From Waterburya sp. (lineage in GTDB: Bacteria > Cyanobacteriota > Cyanobacteriia > Cyanobacteriales > Xenococcaceae), in the NCBI GenBank assembly GCA_965217895.1, contig CBDCJV010000002.1, positions 5,024,001 to 5,088,000 on the forward strand: a DNA stretch of 64,000 bases, given 5' to 3'. The position numbers and the translations under genes are program-made. Every line of letters begins with the position of its first letter. Within the stretch, counting starts at the first letter, position 1. The notes beneath the pieces were generated by a model. The model was given only the letters and a program-made list of their open reading frames with translations, did no database searches and was not told where the DNA came from. This document shows, piece after piece, positions 51,442-64,000 of this stretch.

Positions 51442-53325
51442 CTATACCATGGCAGTCAAAGCCTCTTGTACCGTCTGGTTATATATGATTCGACCGATAG
51501 TAGTATCTATATACTGAGCAATTTCTTCTCCTTGAGCCGACTTCCTGACAAATCTTTGACGGTAATATTCAATCTTGCTGCCATCAGCCAAGTCTTCTGT
51601 TTCGATAATTTCAGTATCTGGTTCTTCTGTTTCTACTTCTCCGTCATACCTGAGCCAAACATGGGCATGAATATCTACCTGACCTTGTTCGTAGGCTTTG
51701 ACAGCATCCTCTAAGTTGCCAAAACGACGACCTTTGCCTTTCAAAGCATCAGGATTTTCAGCCGTTAGATAGTAGCAGCCCAAAACCATATCCTGAGATG
51801 GAGCCACAATTGGTCTTCCTGTAGCGGGAGAGAGAATATTATGACAAGCCAACATTAGTAATCGAGCTTCTGCCTGCGCCTCTAAAGACAAAGGTACGTG
51901 AACCGCCATTTGGTCACCATCAAAGTCAGCGTTAAAGGCAGGACATACAAGAGGATGGAGTTGAATCGCTCTACCTTCTACCAAAATTGGCTCAAATGCC
52001 TGAATTCCTAGGCGGTGAAGTGTTGGTGCGCGGTTTAACATTACTGGATGCCCAGTAATTACCTCTTTTAGTACTTCATAAACGCTAGAATCGTTACGCT
52101 GAATTAATTTTTTAGCAGCTTTGATGTTGTTTACCATGCCACTATTAATCAGACGGTGAATTACAAAAGGTTGGAATAATTCGATCGCCATTTCTCTTGG
52201 CAAACCACACTGATAAATCTTTAGTTTCGGTCCAACCACGATTACCGAACGTCCCGAATAGTCAACTCGCTTACCTAACAAGTTCTGACGAAAACGTCCT
52301 TGTTTTCCTTCGATAATGTCTGATAGAGATTTAAGAGGGCGGTTATTTGCCCCAACTACAGTACGACCACGACGACCGTTATCAATTAATGCGTCTACCG
52401 CCTCTTGCAGCATCCGTTTCTCATTACGGACAATAATTTCTGGAGCGAGAATTTCTTGCAGTCTAGCTAAACGGTTATTACGGTTTATTACTCGACGATA
52501 AAGATCGTTCAAGTCAGAAGTGGCAAAGCGACCACCATCTAACTGCACCATCGGACGCAAATCTGGGGGAATGACGGGAATAGCATTTAACACCATCCAT
52601 TCTGGACGAGAACCAGTAGCTACGAAGTTATCAATTACCCGTAGACGCTTAATTAGCTTGGCTCTTTTTTGTCCCTTCGCCTCGGCGATTTGTTCTCTTA
52701 GCTTTTCTGCTTCTTCTTCTAAAGCAACTTCTTCTAAAAGTCTTTGTACTGCTTCTGCACCGATACCAACTTCAACCCCAACTAATTCGGAGTCTTCGCT
52801 ATAAAGCTGATCCTCAATTTCAATCCACTGATCTTCAGTTAAGAGTTGCTTGGCAGATAAGTTACCCGCATTACCAGGATCGAGAACTACATAAGCATTA
52901 AAGTAAACTACCTGCTCTACATCTCGTAAAGGCATATCCAGCAAAATACTCAAGTAGCTAGGAATCCCCTTGAGATACCAAACGTGGGTAACAGGCGCAG
53001 CCAGCTTAATATAGCCCATGCGATGACGACGCACTCGTGATTCAGTTACTTCCACTCCGCAGCGTTCACAAACAATTCCACGATGGCGCACTCGCTTGTA
53101 TTTGCCACAGTGACATTCCCAATCTTTGGCTGGACCAAAAATTCGCTCGCAGAATAACCCATCCATTTCTGGCTTGAGGGTACGATAATTAATCGTTTCG
53201 GGCTTAGTCACTTCCCCAACTAGCTGACCGTTAGGTAAAGTTCTTTCTCCCCACTGGCGAATTCTCTCAGGAGAGGCAATACCGATTTTGACGTAATCGA
53301 ATCTTTGTTCTATCTGGTTTCTCAT
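51442..53325 (-). CDS. rpoC1: RNA polymerase gamma subunit
   Basis: NADFDGDQM catalytic motif; N-terminal zinc finger. Confidence 0.99.
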   Translation of the reverse strand: MRNQIEQRFDYVKIGIASPERIRQWGERTLPNGQLVGEVTKPETINYRTLKPEMDGLFCERIFGPAKDWECHCGKYKRVRHRGIVCERCGVEVTESRVRRHRMGYIKLAAPVTHVWYLKGIPSYLSILLDMPLRDVEQVVYFNAYVVLDPGNAGNLSAKQLLTEDQWIEIEDQLYSEDSELVGVEVGIGAEAVQRLLEEVALEEEAEKLREQIAEAKGQKRAKLIKRLRVIDNFVATGSRPEWMVLNAIPVIPPDLRPMVQLDGGRFATSDLNDLYRRVINRNNRLARLQEILAPEIIVRNEKRMLQEAVDALIDNGRRGRTVVGANNRPLKSLSDIIEGKQGRFRQNLLGKRVDYSGRSVIVVGPKLKIYQCGLPREMAIELFQPFVIHRLINSGMVNNIKAAKKLIQRNDSSVYEVLKEVITGHPVMLNRAPTLHRLGIQAFEPILVEGRAIQLHPLVCPAFNADFDGDQMAVHVPLSLEAQAEARLLMLACHNILSPATGRPIVAPSQDMVLGCYYLTAENPDALKGKGRRFGNLEDAVKAYEQGQVDIHAHVWLRYDGEVETEEPDTEIIETEDLADGSKIEYYRQRFVRKSAQGEEIAQYIDTTIGRIIYNQTVQEALTAMV

Positions 53326-53428
53326 TATTGGCTAGGAATTAAAGGTTCTGGGAATAAAAAAAGCCATCTGTCGATCAGAAATGAAGGTTGAAAAATCATT
53401 TTCCGCGTCCTTCATCTCTTATCCTTTA

Positions 53429-56400
53429 CTAGACTTCTTCAATACTTTCTTCTCGCTGCAAGGATTCATAGGTAGGTCGGTTAGGAGTGCGACGAGGAGT
53501 ATCTGCCATTAAATCCACTTCCACATCACGGCTGCTACCGTCGTCTAAAGCTTCAAGTTTATGTACCGCAATATCTAAGCCCAAGGACTGTAGTTCTCGC
53601 ATCAACACTTTGAAGGATTCTGGTGTACCAGGACGGGGAATTGGTTTTCCCTTGACAATCGAATTTAGAGCTTCGTTTCGTCCCTGCATATCATCGGATT
53701 TAACTGTTAACAGTTCTTGTAAAGTATAGGCTGCACCATAAGCTTCTAATGCCCATACCTCCATTTCTCCAAATCTTTGTCCACCCTGTTGTGCTTTACC
53801 ACCCAGAGGCTGTTGAGTAACTAGAGAATAAGGACCGGTAGAACGAGCATGAATCTTGTCATCTACAAGGTGAACCAGCTTGAGCATATAAGCTTTACCT
53901 ATCGTTACAGGTCGATCAAATGCTTCGCCCGTGCGTCCATCAAATACCTGAATTTTGCCAGGATTATCCTCGTCATAGACCCAAGATTTACCTGGTTTCT
54001 TGGCAGCATCCTGGATTTTGCCGTGTACTGTTTCTCTTGATGCTTCTTTGCCGTACATCTCATCGAAAGGCATCATTTTAAAGCGCATGGCTAAGTTTTC
54101 TCCAGCCCAACCCAAAAGACACTCAAATACCTGCCCGACATTCATCCGTGAGGGAACACCCAAGGGATTAAGAGCAATATCAATGGGAGTACCATCAGGT
54201 AAATAGGGCATATCTTCAATTGGTAAGATGCGGGAAATAATTCCTTTATTACCATGACGACCAGCCATTTTATCTCCTACCTGAATCTTGCGTTTTTGTG
54301 CCACATAGATTCTGACAACCATGTTGGCACCAGGAGGTAGTTCATCACCTTGTTCTCTAGTAAAGACGCGCACGTCTACAACTCTGCCTTTTTCACCATT
54401 AGGAACTCTCAAGGAGTTATCCCGCACGTCTCTGGCTTTCTCTCCAAAGATTGCTCTGAGTAGTTTTTCTTCAGGGGGTTGATCGGATTCTCCCTTGGGA
54501 GTTACTTTACCTACCAATATTTCTCCTGCTTCTACCCAGGCACCAACGTGAATAATGCCACGCTCGTCAAGGTTGCGTAGGGCATCTTCACCGACGTTAG
54601 GAATCTCTCTAGTGATTTCTTCTGGTCCTAATTTGGTTTGTCTAGCCTCAATTTCAAATTTCTCGACGTGAATGCTAGTGTAAACATCGTCATAAACTAG
54701 ACGTTCGCTAATTAAAATCGCATCCTCATAGTTATATCCCTCCCAGGGCATATAGGCGATGAGAACATTTTGTCCTAATGCTAATTCTCCACCTTCGGTA
54801 GAAGAACCATCTGCTAATACCTGTCCTGGCACGACATCTTCACCTGCGTATACCAAAGGTCGCTGATTCAAGCAGGTATCTTGGTTAGAACGCTGATATT
54901 TCTGTAGCTTGTAGGTAATTTCTTGTCCTGGTTCGGGGGCATAAAGTCCATTATTGCCTTCTTCTACCCTAACTCTAACTACTTCAGCATCCACATAGGT
55001 GACAATCCCATGGGTACGAGAGACAACAACCATTCCCGAGTCACGGGCAGCTTGAGCTTCTAATCCAGTTCCTACAAGAGGACGTTCTGGACGTAACAGA
55101 GGCACAGCCTGACGCTGCATATTAGAACCCATTAGGGCGCGGTTAGCATCATCGTGTTCTAAAAAAGGAATTAGGCTAGTCGCTACAGAAACGATCTGTA
55201 CAGGAGAAATGGCGACATAATCTACTTCTTCAGAATCGCAGGTAGAAAATTCTTGGCGATAACGAATAGCAATTGTCTCGCCCAAGATATAACCATTATC
55301 ATCGGTAGCTACGTCCCCAGGTGCAACTCTCATATCGTCTTCTTCATCGGCGGTGAGATATACAGGCTCGTCGTCCCTTAATACGCGACCGTTTTCGACT
55401 CGATAATAGGGAGTGGCAATAAAACCATAGGGATTGACGCGGGCATAGGTAGCCAAAGAACCAATCAAGCCAGCATTAGGCCCTTCAGGAGTTTCTACAG
55501 GGCAAATACGACCATACTGGGTAGGGTGAATATCTCGTACTGCAAAACCAGCTCTTTCTCTAGTTAAACCCCCTGGTCCTAAAGCTGATAAACGACGCTT
55601 GTGGGTCAACTCTGCCAGAGGATTAGTTTGATCCATAAACTGAGATAGCTGAGAAGAACCAAAGAATTCTTTGATGGCTGCTACTAATGGTTTGGGGTTA
55701 ACTAAAGCTGCGGGAGTAAGGGTATTTGCTTCGCTTACGGTCATCCGTTCGCGAATTATTCTTTCTAAACGATTTAAACCGACCCTGACCTGATTCTGCA
55801 ACAGTTCTCCTACCGAACGCACTCGACGGTTTCCCAGGTGGTCAATATCATCAGTGCTGCCACCGTCAAATTCGAGGTTAATTAGATAAGCTACTGCTGC
55901 CAAAATATCAGTAGTAGTTAAAACTCTTGTAGTATCAGGAACAGTCAGACGGAGCTTTTTATTAATTTTATAACGACCAACCCGCCCTAAGTCATAACGT
56001 TTGGAATCAAAGAAACGGGATTCTAGTAGCTGCTGTCCACCACTGACGGTAGGAGGCTCACCAGGACGCAATTTACGATAAAGCTCTAGCAGTGCCTCTT
56101 CTTCGGTAGGATTGCCTTCTTTATCTAAAGTTTTTTGATAAAAGTCTGGATGACGAATGCCATCGAGAATCTCATTATCGCTTAAGCCGATCGCCTTTAA
56201 CAATACTTGAGCCGAAAGTTTACGAGTCTTGTCAATTCTGACCCAAACTAAACCATTTTTATCGGTTTCAAATTTTAACCAGGCTCCACGATTAGGAATC
56301 AAAGAAGCAGAATAGGTACGACGACCGTTTTTATCAGTCTCTGCCTTGTAGTATACCCCAGGCGATCGCACTATTTGATTGACAATTACCCTCTCTGCAC

Positions 56401-56740
56401 CGTTAATAATAAACGTGCCGCGATCGGTCATCAGAGGTAAATCGCCGACAAACACATCCATTTCTTTAATTTCACCGCTTTCTTTGTCGATCAGGCGAGT
56501 AGGAACATATACCTGTACGTTGTAGGTGCTATCACGGCGTTTTGCCTCCTCCATGGAATATTTTGGTTCTTTGAGCCGATAGTTTTCACCCATGAAATGT
56601 AGCTCAAATTTACCTGTATAGTCAGTGATAGGCGAAAAACTATTTAGTTCTTCAATTAATCCTTCTTCTAGAAACCAACGAAAACTAGAGCGTTGAATTT
56701 CAATTAAGTCTGGTAGCAAGTTGTAAGTCAGATTGTTCAT
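53429..56740 (-). CDS. rpoB: RNA polymerase beta subunit
   Basis: [31 protein letters not shown]. Confidence 0.99.
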   Translation of the reverse strand: MNNLTYNLLPDLIEIQRSSFRWFLEEGLIEELNSFSPITDYTGKFELHFMGENYRLKEPKYSMEEAKRRDSTYNVQVYVPTRLIDKESGEIKEMDVFVGDLPLMTDRGTFIINGAERVIVNQIVRSPGVYYKAETDKNGRRTYSASLIPNRGAWLKFETDKNGLVWVRIDKTRKLSAQVLLKAIGLSDNEILDGIRHPDFYQKTLDKEGNPTEEEALLELYRKLRPGEPPTVSGGQQLLESRFFDSKRYDLGRVGRYKINKKLRLTVPDTTRVLTTTDILAAVAYLINLEFDGGSTDDIDHLGNRRVRSVGELLQNQVRVGLNRLERIIRERMTVSEANTLTPAALVNPKPLVAAIKEFFGSSQLSQFMDQTNPLAELTHKRRLSALGPGGLTRERAGFAVRDIHPTQYGRICPVETPEGPNAGLIGSLATYARVNPYGFIATPYYRVENGRVLRDDEPVYLTADEEDDMRVAPGDVATDDNGYILGETIAIRYRQEFSTCDSEEVDYVAISPVQIVSVATSLIPFLEHDDANRALMGSNMQRQAVPLLRPERPLVGTGLEAQAARDSGMVVVSRTHGIVTYVDAEVVRVRVEEGNNGLYAPEPGQEITYKLQKYQRSNQDTCLNQRPLVYAGEDVVPGQVLADGSSTEGGELALGQNVLIAYMPWEGYNYEDAILISERLVYDDVYTSIHVEKFEIEARQTKLGPEEITREIPNVGEDALRNLDERGIIHVGAWVEAGEILVGKVTPKGESDQPPEEKLLRAIFGEKARDVRDNSLRVPNGEKGRVVDVRVFTREQGDELPPGANMVVRIYVAQKRKIQVGDKMAGRHGNKGIISRILPIEDMPYLPDGTPIDIALNPLGVPSRMNVGQVFECLLGWAGENLAMRFKMMPFDEMYGKEASRETVHGKIQDAAKKPGKSWVYDEDNPGKIQVFDGRTGEAFDRPVTIGKAYMLKLVHLVDDKIHARSTGPYSLVTQQPLGGKAQQGGQRFGEMEVWALEAYGAAYTLQELLTVKSDDMQGRNEALNSIVKGKPIPRPGTPESFKVLMRELQSLGLDIAVHKLEALDDGSSRDVEVDLMADTPRRTPNRPTYESLQREESIEEV

Positions 56741-56821
56741 GAAGATTATGCTTGGTAATGTGTTTAAGTTCTCGGCTCGTCAAAAAACTGGTCAATTATA
56801 AATTAAAGTTAAATTTTGGTT

Positions 56822-57613
56822 TTATGGTTTGTTCTCTAGTTTTAAATTAAATAAGCGACAAGCATTAGCAGTTGTTTGTTTGGCTATAGTTTCAATTGAA
56901 GTTTGACGCAGCTTTGCCACCTGTTGAGCTACGTGCAGTACATAAGAGGGTTCGTTGGTTTTACCTCGCCACGGTACAGGTGCTAGAAAAGGACAGTCTG
57001 TTTCGATCAATAAGCGATCGCTAGGAACTGTTTTGGCTGCTGCCTGAACCTGCCTGGCGTTTTTGAAGGTGACAATACCGCTATAGCTAATATAAAAACC
57101 TAAGTCTAAAAACCACTTTGTCTCTATTTCGTTTCCTCCCCAGCAGTGCATTACGCCATTCACCGAACCTTCTGTTGCCCAAAAGTCGGTTAGTACATCT
57201 TTTAACTTTGACGCTGCCTCCCGACAGTGAATAATTACGGGTTTATTTAATTCTTTAGCTACTCGTAGTTGCGCTTCTAAAGCCAAAACCTGCTTTGACT
57301 GGTTATCAGCTTTATAAAAGTCTAACCCCGTTTCCCCAATAGCTACCACTCGCTGGTCTGACGCTGCCAAGTTCTTGATTTGCCAAGCAGTGTCAGCTTG
57401 CCATTTATCTACATCTAGTGGATGCAAGCCAACTGCAAATGACAATTCAGGAAAACGATTCGCAATAGACTGTATTCCCTGAAATTCGCTTGGTTCCACA
57501 CAAGAGTGTACTAAATGAACTACACCTGCTTCTTGCCAACGCTGCTTCAACGAGTCTAAATTCCCTTGAAAAACATCGAAATTGATGTGTACATGGGTAT
57601 CTATTAACTGCAT
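56822..57613 (-). CDS. tatD: TatD family hydrolase
   Basis: DTHVH, GLHP, IGETGLD, ETDCP. Confidence 0.93.
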   Translation of the reverse strand: MQLIDTHVHINFDVFQGNLDSLKQRWQEAGVVHLVHSCVEPSEFQGIQSIANRFPELSFAVGLHPLDVDKWQADTAWQIKNLAASDQRVVAIGETGLDFYKADNQSKQVLALEAQLRVAKELNKPVIIHCREAASKLKDVLTDFWATEGSVNGVMHCWGGNEIETKWFLDLGFYISYSGIVTFKNARQVQAAAKTVPSDRLLIETDCPFLAPVPWRGKTNEPSYVLHVAQQVAKLRQTSIETIAKQTTANACRLFNLKLENKP

Positions 57614-57732
57614 TTAAATTGGTGTATTGTTTGCTTGATAATTTTATGCCCACTAACCTGAGTCAGTAACCCCGAACTTTAGATAAGCTCTCAAAAAAGA
57701 AATTTTTGTTCAACAACTGACACCACTAGCTA

Positions 57733-58023
57733 TTAAGCTACGGTTGCCTTGTTCAAAACTCTAGCAATGCGAGCCTTTTTTCTAGCTCCATTATTTCGAT
57801 GCAGCACTTTACGCTTAACGGCTTTGTCGATTTTGCTATAGGCTGCGGACATTGCTTGATTAATGACCTCCATATTCTCTGGAGTTGGCTCGGCTGTGTA
57901 GGTTTCTACCGCACCAAAATACTTTTTGGTTAGAGTTCTTAACGCCGACTTGTACGCTTTGTTGCGCAGGCGATTGCGCTCTGATGTTCTGATACGTTTG
58001 ATTGCCGATTTAGAATTAGCCAC
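57733..58023 (-). CDS. rpsT: 30S ribosomal protein S20
   Basis: ANSKSAIKR...[15 protein letters not shown] start. Confidence 0.97.
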   Translation of the reverse strand: MANSKSAIKRIRTSERNRLRNKAYKSALRTLTKKYFGAVETYTAEPTPENMEVINQAMSAAYSKIDKAVKRKVLHRNNGARKKARIARVLNKATVA

Positions 58024-58312
58024 AGTTTTAAAAACAGAAATTTACTTTGTAAGTAATTTTGAAAGTATATATAGAAGACGGATTTTACAGTATATCAATT
58101 TTTAAAAAATACTGTCAAGATAAAATCAAAATTCAAAATATTTTGGGTTTGAGCAGCAAATTGCTTCAAACTGGCAATTTGTTGAGAAACAGGCGAGTAA
58201 ATATAGATTCACGTTAAGCTAAGAGAAGAGTATATTACTATAGAAAGTTTTCGTTTTTATAGTAGCAATTTTAGAAGCAAAAGCTTACTCTTGTATATTA
58301 GCTCAAACGGAC

Positions 58313-59617
58313 ATGGGGATCTCGATGCTGCGAATAATTGATCGGCAAAGTGAGGCAGAAGCGGAATTAAAGCGTATTGGCGATCGCAACAATGGTGATG
58401 ATATTCAGCCAAAAGAAGCTGTGGTTAGAGAAGTTATCACCAATGTCAAGAAAAATGGCGATCGCGCTTTACTTGAGTACACGGAAAAATTTGACCATCA
58501 AGTATGCACCGCCAACCAATTGCGAGTCAGTGGTTCAGAATTGGATGCTGCTTATCAGCAAATATCCAAAGATTTGCTCCGTGCTATTCAATTAGCCAGT
58601 CAGAAAATAGAAGCATTTCACCGCCAGCGAGTTCCCAAATCATGGGTACAGTTTGAAGAAGATAACGTAGTTTTGGGCAAACGCTATACGCCCATTGATA
58701 GGGCAGGACTATATGTTCCTGGAGGCACAGCATCCTATCCTAGCACAGTCTTGATGAATGCTATTCCTGCCAAGGTGGCGCAAGTTCCTCACATCGTTAT
58801 GGTTACTCCTCCTGGTCGAGATGGCAAAATCAATCCTGCGGTGCTGGTAGCGGCACAAGAAGCAGGAGTAGAAGAAATTTATCGTATTGGCGGGGCGCAA
58901 GCTATAGCTGCATTAGCTTATGGTACAGAAACCATTCCTCAGGTTGATATAATTACTGGACCAGGAAATATCTACGTTACCTTAGCTAAAAAAATGGTTT
59001 ACGGTACTGTGGGCATTGACTCTCTGGCTGGACCATCTGAAGTATTAGTTATTGCCGACTCGCTGGCAAACCCCATTTACGTTGCTGCTGATATGCTGGC
59101 TCAGGCAGAACACGATCCGATGGCTGCTGCTATATTAATAACTACCGATCCTGTCCTGGCAAAACAAGTGCAGCAGGAAGTTACCAAGCAGCTAGCCAAT
59201 CATCCCCGTAAGATCTTAACCGAAAAGGCGATCGCTCATTATGGTCTAATAGTCATTGTCAATTCCTTAGCCGAAGCAGCAGAGCTTTCAAATTTATTTG
59301 CTCCCGAACACCTAGAGCTAGAAATAGCAGAGCCTTGGGACTTGATTGAGAAAATTCGCCATGCAGGAGCAATTTTTATCGGCAACTCTACTCCAGAAGC
59401 TACTGGAGACTATTTAGCAGGACCTAATCATACCCTCCCAACCTCAGGGGCCGCCCGTTATGCTTCAGCCTTAGGAGTAGAAACCTTTATGAAACATTCG
59501 AGCTTAATTCAATATTCACCTACGGCTCTTAAAAAAATGTCTAGCACTATTCAAATTTTAGCTCAGGCAGAAGGTTTGACTTCTCATGCTGATTCAGTGA
59601 AGTTTAGGACGCAATAG
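58313..59617 (+). CDS. hisD: Histidinol dehydrogenase
   Basis: GPGNIYV, AGPSE, QAEHD, APEHLE, GPNHTLPT. Confidence 0.97.
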   Translation: MGISMLRIIDRQSEAEAELKRIGDRNNGDDIQPKEAVVREVITNVKKNGDRALLEYTEKFDHQVCTANQLRVSGSELDAAYQQISKDLLRAIQLASQKIEAFHRQRVPKSWVQFEEDNVVLGKRYTPIDRAGLYVPGGTASYPSTVLMNAIPAKVAQVPHIVMVTPPGRDGKINPAVLVAAQEAGVEEIYRIGGAQAIAALAYGTETIPQVDIITGPGNIYVTLAKKMVYGTVGIDSLAGPSEVLVIADSLANPIYVAADMLAQAEHDPMAAAILITTDPVLAKQVQQEVTKQLANHPRKILTEKAIAHYGLIVIVNSLAEAAELSNLFAPEHLELEIAEPWDLIEKIRHAGAIFIGNSTPEATGDYLAGPNHTLPTSGAARYASALGVETFMKHSSLIQYSPTALKKMSSTIQILAQAEGLTSHADSVKFRTQ

Positions 59618-59720
59618 ATAACTAGATTATAGGGAGAATACACCTACAATAGAGATGCGATCGCCATAATCTAGAAATTAGATTGAGTAAGATATTTTTT
59701 GCTACTTGATAGCCAAGGGT

Positions 59721-62456
59721 TTACTTTTCTGATGAGACAACCTGAGGTTTTTCATCTGATTTTGGCGGTGATTGCTTTTCTTGATGATTAGCTTTCTTCT
59801 GCTCATTTTCCTTAGGCTCAAGGGGTTGAGAAGTAGTTTCTTTATCAAAGATTAGCTTTTGGTCTACACAATCTACTACAATTTTGTCTCCTGCGGTATA
59901 AGTGTTATCCAAAATCATCGTCGCAATTGGATTTTGTAATTCCCGTTGAATTGCTCGTTTCAAGGGACGCGCACCATAAGCAGGATCGTAGCCAATATCG
60001 ACAATGCGATCTTGGGCTGCGGTCGAAAGCTCAATGGTGATTTTTTGTTCGCTTAATAGGCGTTGAATACCTTCAATTTGAATCGAGACAATCTGTTTGA
60101 GTTCTTCTTTCTTCAAGCCGTGGAAAATAATTAAATCATCGATGCGATTGAGAAACTCTGGGCGAAAATGACTCCGCAAAGCTTGATTTACCTGCTTGTA
60201 AATCTCTTCATAATCCTCATCTTCGCCTTTGACATTAAGAATGTGTTCACTACCGATATTGCTAGTCATAACGATAATGGCGTTGCGGAAGTCTACTATT
60301 CGTCCTTGAGAGTCGGTAATTCTGCCATCATCTAGCACCTGAAGCAAAATGTTAAACACATCCTTGTGGGCTTTTTCTACTTCATCTAGTAGCACTACGC
60401 AGTAAGGACGACGGCGCACGGCTTCGGTTAGCTGTCCTCCTTCTTCAAAGCCAATGTATCCAGGAGGCGCACCCACTAAGCGAGATACCGCGTGCTTCTC
60501 CATATACTCGGACATATCAATTCGCACCATCGCCTCTTCGCTATCAAAAAGAAATGCAGCTAAAGCTCTGGCCAATTCGGTTTTGCCCACCCCTGTCGGA
60601 CCCATAAAAAGGAATGAGCCAATTGGTCTGCCAGGGTCTTTCATTCCTGCCCTAGCGCGACGAATAGCAGCCGATACTGCTGCCACAGGTTCTTGTTGCC
60701 CGATAACTCGCTGATGGAGGTGTCCTTCTAGCTGAAGCAGTTTTTGTCTTTCAGTTTCGAGCAGTCGGTTAATCGGTACACCCGTCCAATTAGCGACAAT
60801 TTCGGCTATATCTGATTCTGTTACCTGTTCTCGCAACAGAGTAGTGCCTGCTGATTGGATGTCAATTAGCTTAGTTTCTTTGGCTTCTAGATCTCTTTGC
60901 AAAGTTTCTAGCTTGCCGTATTTCAAAAGTGCAGCTTTTTCATGGTCGAAAGCTCTTTCGGCTTGGTCTAGCTGGAGGCGAGTTTTTTCCTCCTCTTCCT
61001 TAAGAGCATTTATTTCATCCAACAGGCTTTTTTCTGATTGCCATTGAGCAGACAGTCCAGTTTGCTTACCTTTTAAGGTTTTAATTTCTGCTTCAATCTT
61101 ACTCAACCTTTCCTTTGCTGCTTTATCGACGATCGCTATTCCTGGACGTTGGCTTTCCCCTGTTAAAGAAACTTTTTCCATTTCTAGCTGCATGATCCGA
61201 CGGTCAATATCTTCTAACTCACTGGGCTTGGAAGTGATCTCCATTTTCAATTTTGCTGCTGCTTCATCAATCAGATCGATCGCCTTATCGGGTAAAAAGC
61301 GTTCTGTAATATAACGTTGAGACAAGCTGGCTGCTGCGACCAAAGCCGAGTCGGTAATAGTCACGCCATGATGCACCTCATATCTTTCTTTTAATCCCCG
61401 CAAGATTGAGATAGTATCCTCAACGGAGGGCTGTTTAACGTATACCTGCTGAAAGCGTCTTTCTAAGGCTGGGTCTTTTTCAATATGCTTGCGATATTCA
61501 TCTAGGGTAGTTGCCCCAATACAGCGCAATTCACCCCGCGCCAACATAGGCTTGAGCAAGTTTCCTGCATCCATTGAGCCAGAACCTTCTCTTGCCCCCG
61601 CACCCACAACGGTATGCACCTCATCGATAAATAAAACTATCTGTCCGCTCGATTCAGTGACTTCTTTTAAAACTGCTCGCAAACGTTCTTCAAACTCGCC
61701 GCGATATTTTGCCCCTGCAATCAGGCTGCCCATATCCAGAGAAATCAATTGACGATTTTTAAGAGATTCGGGAACATCACCGTTAACAATCCGTTGTGCC
61801 AATCCTTCGGCGATCGCAGTTTTACCAACTCCAGGCTCACCAATCAATACAGGGTTATTTTTAGATCTGCGAGAAAGCACCTGAATTACCCGACGTATTT
61901 CTTCATCTCGACCGATCACAGGGTCAAGTTTGCCTGCTTTTGCTGCTTCAGTTAGATCGCGCCCATACTTTTCTAACGCCTGATACTGTTCTTCTTGGTT
62001 TTGTTTGGTTACTTTTTGCGAACCTCGAACTGATTTAATTATCTGTTCTAAGTCTTGAGGATCGAGATTAAAACTGCGCAAGGACTTCTTGCCAATGCGA
62101 GCATCTTCAGCAAACCCCATCAGGATATGCTCAATGGAAATAAAATCATCTTCCCAACTGACGCGACAAGCCTCAGCACGGTCTAACATTCGATCTAGGC
62201 TAGCCCCTAAATAGAGTTGAGATGAGCCTATTCTAGGCTGACGCTTAGTAAACATTTCTAGCTGTTGCTTAAGACGTAGGGGGTCTATATTTGCTTTATC
62301 TAAAATAGTTGTGGCTAGTCCTTGCTGTTCTAAAGTCGCCAAAATTAAATGCTCTACCTCTAAGTTTTGATTCTGAAATAACTTGGCGACTTCTTGGGAT
62401 TTAACGATCGCATCCCAGGCTTGTTCAGTAAACTTACTTTGGTCGGTAGGCTGCAT
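59721..62456 (-). CDS. clpB: ATP-dependent chaperone ClpB
   Basis: Two AAA+ modules ([16 protein letters not shown]), long middle coiled coil, low-complexity C-terminal tail. Confidence 0.96.
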   Translation of the reverse strand: MQPTDQSKFTEQAWDAIVKSQEVAKLFQNQNLEVEHLILATLEQQGLATTILDKANIDPLRLKQQLEMFTKRQPRIGSSQLYLGASLDRMLDRAEACRVSWEDDFISIEHILMGFAEDARIGKKSLRSFNLDPQDLEQIIKSVRGSQKVTKQNQEEQYQALEKYGRDLTEAAKAGKLDPVIGRDEEIRRVIQVLSRRSKNNPVLIGEPGVGKTAIAEGLAQRIVNGDVPESLKNRQLISLDMGSLIAGAKYRGEFEERLRAVLKEVTESSGQIVLFIDEVHTVVGAGAREGSGSMDAGNLLKPMLARGELRCIGATTLDEYRKHIEKDPALERRFQQVYVKQPSVEDTISILRGLKERYEVHHGVTITDSALVAAASLSQRYITERFLPDKAIDLIDEAAAKLKMEITSKPSELEDIDRRIMQLEMEKVSLTGESQRPGIAIVDKAAKERLSKIEAEIKTLKGKQTGLSAQWQSEKSLLDEINALKEEEEKTRLQLDQAERAFDHEKAALLKYGKLETLQRDLEAKETKLIDIQSAGTTLLREQVTESDIAEIVANWTGVPINRLLETERQKLLQLEGHLHQRVIGQQEPVAAVSAAIRRARAGMKDPGRPIGSFLFMGPTGVGKTELARALAAFLFDSEEAMVRIDMSEYMEKHAVSRLVGAPPGYIGFEEGGQLTEAVRRRPYCVVLLDEVEKAHKDVFNILLQVLDDGRITDSQGRIVDFRNAIIVMTSNIGSEHILNVKGEDEDYEEIYKQVNQALRSHFRPEFLNRIDDLIIFHGLKKEELKQIVSIQIEGIQRLLSEQKITIELSTAAQDRIVDIGYDPAYGARPLKRAIQRELQNPIATMILDNTYTAGDKIVVDCVDQKLIFDKETTSQPLEPKENEQKKANHQEKQSPPKSDEKPQVVSSEK

Positions 62457-62787
62457 ATTTTAGCTAAATAGGGTTTTTGAATTTTGATAATTGATGATGC
62501 TCAGTATAATCAGGCTTAAATTACTAAATATTAAAGCCAAAAATTACCTTTTTTGAAGACTTAATATAATAATATGTCTTGATAATAATTTTAGTCTTAT
62601 TTAATAGCCATTAGAAATCCAATAGTTTGAAATCTGTGGTTTTCCAGTTAATTGTTTTAAGTAACGAGTAAGTAGGTAGGAGACAATAAACCTTTTCATC
62701 AAAACTCCTGTTTTGAATATGGACGGGGTTTAGACTATGAGATGATAATAAACTCAGTTGAATTAGCCACTCAAATTTGTATTTGCA

Positions 62788-63105
62788 ATGTCCAATACCT
62801 ACGCCGTCGAAATAAATCATCAAGGTCAAACTCAAACTATCCAGGTTGAAGAAACACAAAGTATTTTAGAAGCTGCTACCAATGCAGGTATTGATTTGCC
62901 CTTTTCCTGTAGTGCTGGAGTATGTACTACCTGTGCTGCTCAAGTTCTCTCAGGAGAAGTGGAACAAAGTGAGGGCATGGGAGTCTCCCCAGAATTACAA
63001 GCTGAAGGATACGCCCTCTTGTGTGTAGCATATCCTCGTTCAGATATTAAACTAGAGTCTGGCAAAGAAGATATTGTCTATCAAAGACAGTTTGGCAAAC
63101 AGTAA
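62788..63105 (+). CDS. Plant-type 2Fe-2S ferredoxin with short C-terminal extension (FdC-like)
   Basis: CSAGVCTTC...LLCVAYPRSD...VYQRQFG. Confidence 0.92.
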   Translation: MSNTYAVEINHQGQTQTIQVEETQSILEAATNAGIDLPFSCSAGVCTTCAAQVLSGEVEQSEGMGVSPELQAEGYALLCVAYPRSDIKLESGKEDIVYQRQFGKQ

Positions 63106-63110
63106 TCATT

Positions 63111-63149
63111 TTAATGTTCAATGCTTAATGTTCAATGCTTAATGTTCAA
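63111..63149. repeat. 14-bp tandem repeat between convergent genes
   Basis: TTAATGTTCAATGC, about 2.8 copies. Confidence 0.7.
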
Positions 63150-63703
63150 ACTATGCCAATACGCTCAAAAGGCCAAAATCGCAGTACAGCATGACCAATG
63201 ATATTTTCTGTTGGTAAAAATCCCCAGATGTGGGAATCATTACTATTGTTACGGTTGTCTCCCATGACAAATACTTGTCCCTCTGGGACTGTAACGGGCA
63301 TCAGATCATAATTAGGCGGTGCAGCAATATAATCTTCTGCTAAAGGTTGATTGTTAACATAAACTATTCCATCTTTAACAGCTACTGTCTCTCCCCCTAT
63401 AGCGATCGCTCTTTTGATGAAGGCCTGGTTTTTTTCGTAACCTAAAAGCCTAAGTTTGGTTGGCGGTTCAAAAACGACAATATCTCCTCTAGCTGGAGGA
63501 TTGAACTTGTATGCCACCTTTTCTACGACTAGGCGATCGCCGATTGCCAAAGTAGGAAACATGGACTCTGAAGGGATATAGCGAGGTTCAGCAATAAAGA
63601 CCCGAATTAAAAAGGCTAAAACTAGAGCAATAGCGACTGTTGTGCCATTTTCTTTGATATTGCGCCATAAACTAGCTTTTTTATTTATTTCAGTAGAAGG
63701 CAT
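63146..63703 (-). CDS. lepB: Signal peptidase I
   Basis: IPSESM (Ser), FIKR (Lys), GDNRNNSNDS. Confidence 0.95.
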   Translation of the reverse strand: MPSTEINKKASLWRNIKENGTTVAIALVLAFLIRVFIAEPRYIPSESMFPTLAIGDRLVVEKVAYKFNPPARGDIVVFEPPTKLRLLGYEKNQAFIKRAIAIGGETVAVKDGIVYVNNQPLAEDYIAAPPNYDLMPVTVPEGQVFVMGDNRNNSNDSHIWGFLPTENIIGHAVLRFWPFERIGIV

Positions 63704-63734
63704 AAATTATCAAATGACCAATTATCTTTAGAAT

Positions 63735-64000
63735 GTGAATTTACCTATTAATACTATTGTCGTTCCTCAAGGGGCAGAATACCAAGCTGTCTGTCGTGGC
63801 TTACAACCCAGAGCGAATAAGATTCAAGTTATTGCCATCCCTATTGGTACAAAAGATGTATTACAAACCTTAGTTAATCGCTCTTTTGAATTTACTACTC
63901 CCCAAAGGGTGTTAATTATGGGCTTGTGTGGCAGCCTTTCCCAGCAATATTCTGTAGGAGATACAGTCCTCTACCAAGACTGCTGTAATCTAAATCGGCA
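63735..64000 (+). CDS. Nucleoside-phosphorylase-like protein, partial (runs off the window end)
   Basis: Translated by hand from GTG 63735: NLPINTIVVPQGAEYQAVCRGL...VLIMGLCGSLSQQYSVGD. Confidence 0.7.
   Translation, partial: MNLPINTIVVPQGAEYQAVCRGLQPRANKIQVIAIPIGTKDVLQTLVNRSFEFTTPQRVLIMGLCGSLSQQYSVGDTVLYQDCCNLNR

Noticed and set aside
47445..59617. Split rpoC and the rpsT-tatD-rpoB / hisD arrangement as a novelty
   Set aside because: Standard cyanobacterial organisation.

Overview
Chromosomal window from a cyanobacterium: HIP1 octamers (GCGATCGC) are frequent, rpoC is split into rpoC1/rpoC2, and the AT-rich composition and repeat style suggest Pleurocapsales (inference). Most of it is housekeeping: recG, purL-purF, mnmA, folE, pyrB, gyrB, DAHP synthase, rpsT-tatD-rpoB-rpoC1-rpoC2, hisD, clpB and lepB. 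Points of interest: (1) at the left end, a tightly coupled operon of two V4R proteins, two phycobiliprotein-fold globins lacking the canonical bilin Cys, a Trp/Phe-repeat protein, a 2Fe-2S ferredoxin with an RNA-polymerase-like C-terminal module, and a membrane TPR protein. It matches the Synechocystis slr0144-slr0152 'Pap' operon, whose mechanism is unresolved. (2) A type I restriction-modification locus whose hsdS carries one in-frame TAG at the TRD1/TRD2 boundary, which could give a functional half-size HsdS. (3) An unexplained UbiA-MocA-SufU cluster. (4) A GC-rich structured leader upstream of pyrB. (5) A ttcA gene of proteobacterial appearance. (6) Several MITEs and REP-like repeats, two with readable target-site duplications. 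I found no rRNA, tRNA, CRISPR array or intact transposase. All calls come from motif recognition by eye; no database searches were run.
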